A DNA stretch of 20,000 nt from an uncultured virus (IMG/VR IMGVR_UViG_3300037067_016734). Taxonomy: Duplodnaviria > Heunggongvirae > Uroviricota > Caudoviricetes. A model generated the notes under the pieces. The model saw only the letters and a program-made list of their open reading frames with translations. It was not told where the DNA came from and made no database searches. Shown in pieces: positions 16,282-20,000 of this stretch. Location of the stretch: IMG/VR virus record IMGVR_UViG_3300037067_016734, one strand, 5' to 3'. Numbering within the stretch: the stretch's first letter is position 1; each line of letters begins with the position of its first letter. The position numbers were made by a program, and so were the translations under genes.

Positions 16282-16965
16282 ATGAATGCAATTTTAACAA
16301 TTCATAGTGGTGCCGGTGGAACAGAAGCAACGGCTTGGGCCGAAATGCTTTATTGAATGTATATCGGTTATGCCAATAAAAATAGCATAAAATATGATAT
16401 AATAGAACTAAACAAAAAGGATTCAGGTATTCAATCGGCTGTTCTTAGGTTAGAAAACGTTTCTGACGATATAGAGAAAGAACACGGTATCCACCGTATT
16501 CAGAGAGTTTCGCCGTTTGATAAAAGAAAAAGACGACACACAAGTTTTGCATCCGTTACAGTGATTCCGGAAATAGAAGATAGAGTCTTAGAGATCCCCG
16601 AGAGGGACTTAGAGGAGACCTTTAATCGTTCTACTGGACATGGCGGACAAAACATTAACAAAGTATCTACGGCTGTTAGGTTGAAACATAAACCTACCGG
16701 TATCGTGGTAAATTGTCAAATGGAGCGTTCTCAATACCAGAATAGAATGCTTGCTCTATCTTTATTAAAAAGTAAATTACAATACCTAATGGAACAACAA
16801 CAGAAAACAGAGCTTGCAAACTTGGTAGTTAGGGAAGATATTGCTTTTGGAAATAAGATTAGAACATACTCTTTCCATCCTCAAGAATATATTGTTGATC
16901 ATAGGACGAATAAAAAAGCTAACCTTAAAAGTGTTTTGGATGGAAACCTAGAACTGGTATGGTAA
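16282..16965 (+). CDS. prfB: Peptide chain release factor 2-like protein lacking domain 1, with in-frame TGA at codon 25 (16354-16356)
   Basis: AAGGAG SD then ATG 16282: MNAILTIHSGAGGTEATAWAEMLY*MYIGYA (cf. RF2 [26 protein letters not shown]). Also HGIHRIQRVSPFD (SPF = RF2 specificity), RRHTSFASV, GHGGQNINKVSTAVRLKHKPTGIVV, ERSQYQNR, IRTY. Confidence 0.9.
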
Positions 16966-16966
16966 A

Positions 16967-17158
16967 ATGACTCAATTAAACATAGACAACTTGGTTTATT
17001 CCTGTTTTGGATCTTTTCATAAAAACAATAGAAGCACATATATTCTTGAAAGACCAGAAGGGGGAAGTTGGCATTGTTTACAAGAATTCTATTACTTTAA
17101 AACAGAAGACGAACGAATGAGATTAATAGAAAATATGGATTATTGGTTTAATTATTAG
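16967..17158 (+). CDS. Small protein, 'TxLNxxNL' family, copy 9
   Basis: MTQLNIDNLVYSCFG; starts 1 nt after the RF2 stop. Confidence 0.75.
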   Translation: MTQLNIDNLVYSCFGSFHKNNRSTYILERPEGGSWHCLQEFYYFKTEDERMRLIENMDYWFNY

Positions 17159-17171
17159 GATAAAGTATTGT

Positions 17172-17459
17172 GTGGAACAAGACGTATTTGACTATTGGTA
17201 TACAATGGTGTATTTTTTATTAGTAATTGGTACTATTATATTTCTAGTCGTAGGGATAGGTTATCTGAATAATCTATTACCTTTAGTGATTTCTCAACGA
17301 CATGAGATTAGAATGCATCCAAAGAGACTGAGAAATAGAGTCTTGCTCTATCTTGTGAGATGGGAAGATTTAATGATTAAGAGTCTAGATTATGACGAAC
17401 AAGATGAAGATTTAAATTTTATTATAGGGTACAAAAGAAATGGGAACCATCGCTTATAA
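17172..17459 (+). CDS. Hypothetical single-TM protein
   Basis: Hydrophobic segment MVYFLLVIGTIIFLVVGIGYL. Confidence 0.65.
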   Translation: MEQDVFDYWYTMVYFLLVIGTIIFLVVGIGYLNNLLPLVISQRHEIRMHPKRLRNRVLLYLVRWEDLMIKSLDYDEQDEDLNFIIGYKRNGNHRL

Positions 17460-17886
17460 ACAAACCATCTCTCCCGATGTGAGTAGTGACAATATAACCG
17501 CACTATGTGATGTTTTAAAAGAAGAAGCTTATAAAAGTTTCTTAGCTCTTAAAAATTGGAAAGAAGCTCTTGACGAATATACTCCAATTTTAGCAAGAGT
17601 GGTATTTGATCACGCTTTGGCTCATAATCCTAATGCTTTTGATTTTGATACTGTTAAAAATGCTGTTATCATAAAAGTGAATACTACTCAAGTTAAACAA
17701 ATTTTAGTAGAAATGCTTGATCCTGTAGCTTTACAAGCTATATACATAGGTCTTGTAGATCAAAAGTTAGCTAATTGGATAAAACGAGTAGAGTGGATGG
17801 ATAAAAGAATTTGTGATATAGAAAGTGGGTTAATATCTCTGAACCCTCATTGTCCTAAAATTACATGGGTGGAATTTATCGAATGA
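17440..17886 (+). CDS. Hypothetical protein (148 aa)
   Basis: Coupled ORF; no recognised motif. Confidence 0.7.
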   Translation: MGTIAYKQTISPDVSSDNITALCDVLKEEAYKSFLALKNWKEALDEYTPILARVVFDHALAHNPNAFDFDTVKNAVIIKVNTTQVKQILVEMLDPVALQAIYIGLVDQKLANWIKRVEWMDKRICDIESGLISLNPHCPKITWVEFIE

Positions 17887-18704
17887 AAAATGCTTACTCA
17901 AAACCAGAAATTGATGAACTTTACACAGAATTTCCAAATTCAACACCTTTATGGAGAGCCATAGTAAGTTTTCTTATAATTTTAATGTTATCGTTGAGCA
18001 TAATGCTGCTATCGAACAAATGTTCAAACACTCAGGATAGTTTTGATTGGTCTAAACAGCCATATCAAAACATTGTTCCTCCTGTAGTGGGAAAGTGGTT
18101 TGATCCTAATGTTTCAGTTAGGATCGATCCTGCTGTATATCCCGCTAGTGGTGACGTTACTCCTATTCCTGCTTATATCAAAGATCTTTGTGCTAAAGAT
18201 ACACAAGATATTTCTACTGGTGTATTTAGTTATTGTAAAGATTTCGGGTTGAATTTTTCTCCTTCAGAAACAAATCCTGAAGTTGTTATAAAATTCTATT
18301 ATGGACCTTGGGCCACTAAGGGCGTAAAAGGGATAGAGGGAGGAGTAAGAGATGTGGTGATTGTCCGTGAAAAATCTACGTCTGTTAATGAGGCTCCCAC
18401 TAGAGAAAACAATTACAACGGTCTGACTTATGTTAACGCTAAATCCAAACACTACGTTTCAGTAATAGTATGGATTAATGTTTATATTTATGAGGACTAT
18501 CGTATTCAGTGTCTCAACAATCCATCTCTTGATTTTAAGACTCTATCTAAAAATGCAATAAGTCAGATAGAGTGGCATGAATTCTTCCATGTTGTAGGAC
18601 TGAACGATGATAGAGTTGGTACCATTCCAGGTTTAATGGTCTATAAGGTAATGAAGACCAGACCTAGTGATGCTGAGAGAGGGGTATGTGAGTGGCTTTA
18701 TTGA
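17883..18704 (+). CDS. Membrane-anchored metzincin (matrixin-like) zinc metalloprotease
   Basis: N-terminal TM (AIVSFLIILMLSLSIMLLS); HEFFHVVGLND (HExxHxxGxxD) followed by Met-turn-like GLMVY; start at ATGA overlap 17883. Confidence 0.7.
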   Translation: MKNAYSKPEIDELYTEFPNSTPLWRAIVSFLIILMLSLSIMLLSNKCSNTQDSFDWSKQPYQNIVPPVVGKWFDPNVSVRIDPAVYPASGDVTPIPAYIKDLCAKDTQDISTGVFSYCKDFGLNFSPSETNPEVVIKFYYGPWATKGVKGIEGGVRDVVIVREKSTSVNEAPTRENNYNGLTYVNAKSKHYVSVIVWINVYIYEDYRIQCLNNPSLDFKTLSKNAISQIEWHEFFHVVGLNDDRVGTIPGLMVYKVMKTRPSDAERGVCEWLY

Positions 18705-18729
18705 TTTTTTTAAGGATGTGTGATATCAT
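18701..18729 (+). promoter_or_regulatory. Sigma70-type promoter, likely leaderless transcript
   Basis: TTGATT (18701-18706), 17 nt, TATCAT (18724-18729) with TGTG extended -10; ATG at 18736. Confidence 0.7.
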
Positions 18730-18735
18730 TGTATT

Positions 18736-19038
18736 ATGGCAGAAGAAAAGAAAATCATCGTTGATGGAGCCGAAATCATTTTTGTAGAATTTGACTCTCC
18801 TCCCGGAGTGAATTCTATGACAGATAAAGCCAAAGGGTTTATTCTTCATAATGAAACCGAAGAAGAAGACGAAGATCATGAATTTAGTGCAGTAATTTGT
18901 CCGGTTGTTTTGTTTACCAAAGAACCAAAACAGGTGGTTATTGAGCTTACCTCCCAAGAAAGTCATCATCTTTTCACTCTATCTTCTAATCAAGCTAAAG
19001 AATTAGCTAAATGGATAATTGAGAACTTAGGAGTATAA
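18736..19038 (+). CDS. Acidic hypothetical protein (100 aa)
   Basis: No SD; start 7 nt after the -10 box. Confidence 0.7.
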   Translation: MAEEKKIIVDGAEIIFVEFDSPPGVNSMTDKAKGFILHNETEEEDEDHEFSAVICPVVLFTKEPKQVVIELTSQESHHLFTLSSNQAKELAKWIIENLGV

Positions 19039-19040
19039 CA

Positions 19041-19679
19041 ATGGGTATATGGGAAACTAATGACAATTTGAGTGTTGAAGATCTTCAACAAGCTCTAGAT
19101 GACGACAGTTATCTTGAAACTCATCTAAACATAATGAAAGAAAATATGTATAAGTCAGTCTTCATTAAACTCTGTGCAAATGTTGAAGAAACGATTAAAA
19201 GAGAGAGAGAAGCATATCCTAAAAAAAGAGAAGAATTGCTTGAAGCGTTAAAAGTTCATAACCAAATTAAAGGACAACTTGATTCCATCGGTATGAGAGG
19301 TTATTTGGAAGAATTTTGTTCTATTAAAAAGAAAGTTGTTCACTTGACGAGATGTGGTTATTTTCATGATGAATATAACACGACCCTCTATATATCAATT
19401 GATGTTCCTGACTACCAGAATAAGATAGTGTTTCTATGGGAAGAGGAGACGTGGCATTGTGGAGACTCAGACTGGAATACCTCTGTTGTGGTCTTGAATG
19501 ATTATGATGATGCGGTTAAATGGTTAAAGGAAAACTTTTCAAGCTCGGACCGTATCAAAGGTATTTGGCATAAAGATCAAATAGTAGAATTGGATTATGA
19601 TGACAGAGATGAAAGATACTATATTATTCTTAAACTTAGACAGATGCTCGGTATAGAGGGCGAGATTCTGTTCGAATAA
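19041..19679 (+). CDS. Hypothetical protein (212 aa)
   Basis: AGGAG SD; no recognised motif. Confidence 0.75.
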   Translation: MGIWETNDNLSVEDLQQALDDDSYLETHLNIMKENMYKSVFIKLCANVEETIKREREAYPKKREELLEALKVHNQIKGQLDSIGMRGYLEEFCSIKKKVVHLTRCGYFHDEYNTTLYISIDVPDYQNKIVFLWEEETWHCGDSDWNTSVVVLNDYDDAVKWLKENFSSSDRIKGIWHKDQIVELDYDDRDERYYIILKLRQMLGIEGEILFE

Positions 19680-19691
19680 GAGGAGACAAAA

Positions 19692-19778
19692 ATGATGTCA
19701 ATGATTTGTACAATTGGATTGGTTATTATTGTGGGTGTTGTGGCTACTATTATTTTTAAAATTACAAATGGAGAATAG
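19692..19778 (+). CDS. Small single-TM peptide (28 aa), not in ORF track
   Basis: GAGGAG SD; MMSMICTIGLVIIVGVVATIIFKITNGE. Confidence 0.55.
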   Translation: MMSMICTIGLVIIVGVVATIIFKITNGE

Positions 19779-19779
19779 A

Positions 19780-20000
19780 GTGGAAAACAAGTTATTAGAA
19801 AAATTTCTTACAAGTTTCTTGATAACCGGGGAGGATTTTGGGTTTTTTCAAGGATTGATTACTGCTATAATATTAATAACTGTAGATTATTACTTTAATT
19901 TAAACGTTTTTGTCATGATGTTGATAGCTATAATTACTATGACAATCCTAAAGCTACTATCCTTGATATGGTATAGAAGTCAGATCGGAAGAGCGTCGTG
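19780..20000 (+). CDS. Membrane protein (runs to window edge)
   Basis: GGAG SD, GTG 19780; frame open to the end with two hydrophobic segments. Confidence 0.55.
   Translation, partial: MENKLLEKFLTSFLITGEDFGFFQGLITAIILITVDYYFNLNVFVMMLIAIITMTILKLLSLIWYRSQIGRAS

Noticed and set aside
16345..16360. Canonical prfB +1 frameshift site
   Set aside because: The sequence is CTT TAT TGA, not CTT TGA. No internal SD is positioned for shifting, and homology continues in the same frame.
2613..18969. Shadow ORFs in the track (2613-2849, 2689-2916, 2909-3112, 3587-3769, 3864-4052, 6999-7202, 7343-7561, 10174-10368, 10442-10636, 11057-11500, 15706-15891, 16076-16330, 18264-18452, 18664-18969)
   Set aside because: They lie antisense or out of frame within better-supported genes and lack SD sites or recognisable motifs.
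1..20000. Genome-wide stop-codon reassignment (TAG or TGA), suggested by the phage RF2
   Set aside because: Conserved genes (recA, IMPDH-like, clpP, HD, tnpB) are full-length in code 11. TAG ends recA and IMPDH at expected positions, and TGA is used in many ATGA overlaps. Only the RF2 gene has an internal stop.

Overview
AT-rich, densely packed window that reads as part of a large (probably jumbo) bacteriophage genome. It has many small, translationally coupled ORFs (frequent ATGA overlaps), strong sigma70-type promoters and divergent homologs of host-type genes. Recognisable genes are a 5'-partial RuvB-like ATPase, a TnpB/Cas12f-like RuvC nuclease inside a short minus-strand operon, a ClpP-like protease, an HD phosphohydrolase, RecA, an IMPDH/GMP-reductase family enzyme, a DUF932-like protein, a pyrimidine-dimer glycosylase-like protein, a PD-(D/E)XK-like nuclease, a domain-1-less RF2-type release factor and a membrane-anchored metzincin. 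Three observations stand out. (1) Nine dispersed small ORFs share an N-terminal motif, T[E/D/K/Q]LNxxN[L/F]xxxxG, on otherwise dissimilar bodies. (2) The RF2 gene really starts at 16282 and has an in-frame UGA at codon 25, the codon RF2 itself reads. (3) A recurrent promoter places the predicted transcription start on the start codon, implying leaderless mRNAs. No CRISPR array, tRNA or rRNA was seen. All family calls come from motif recognition by eye, not database searches.
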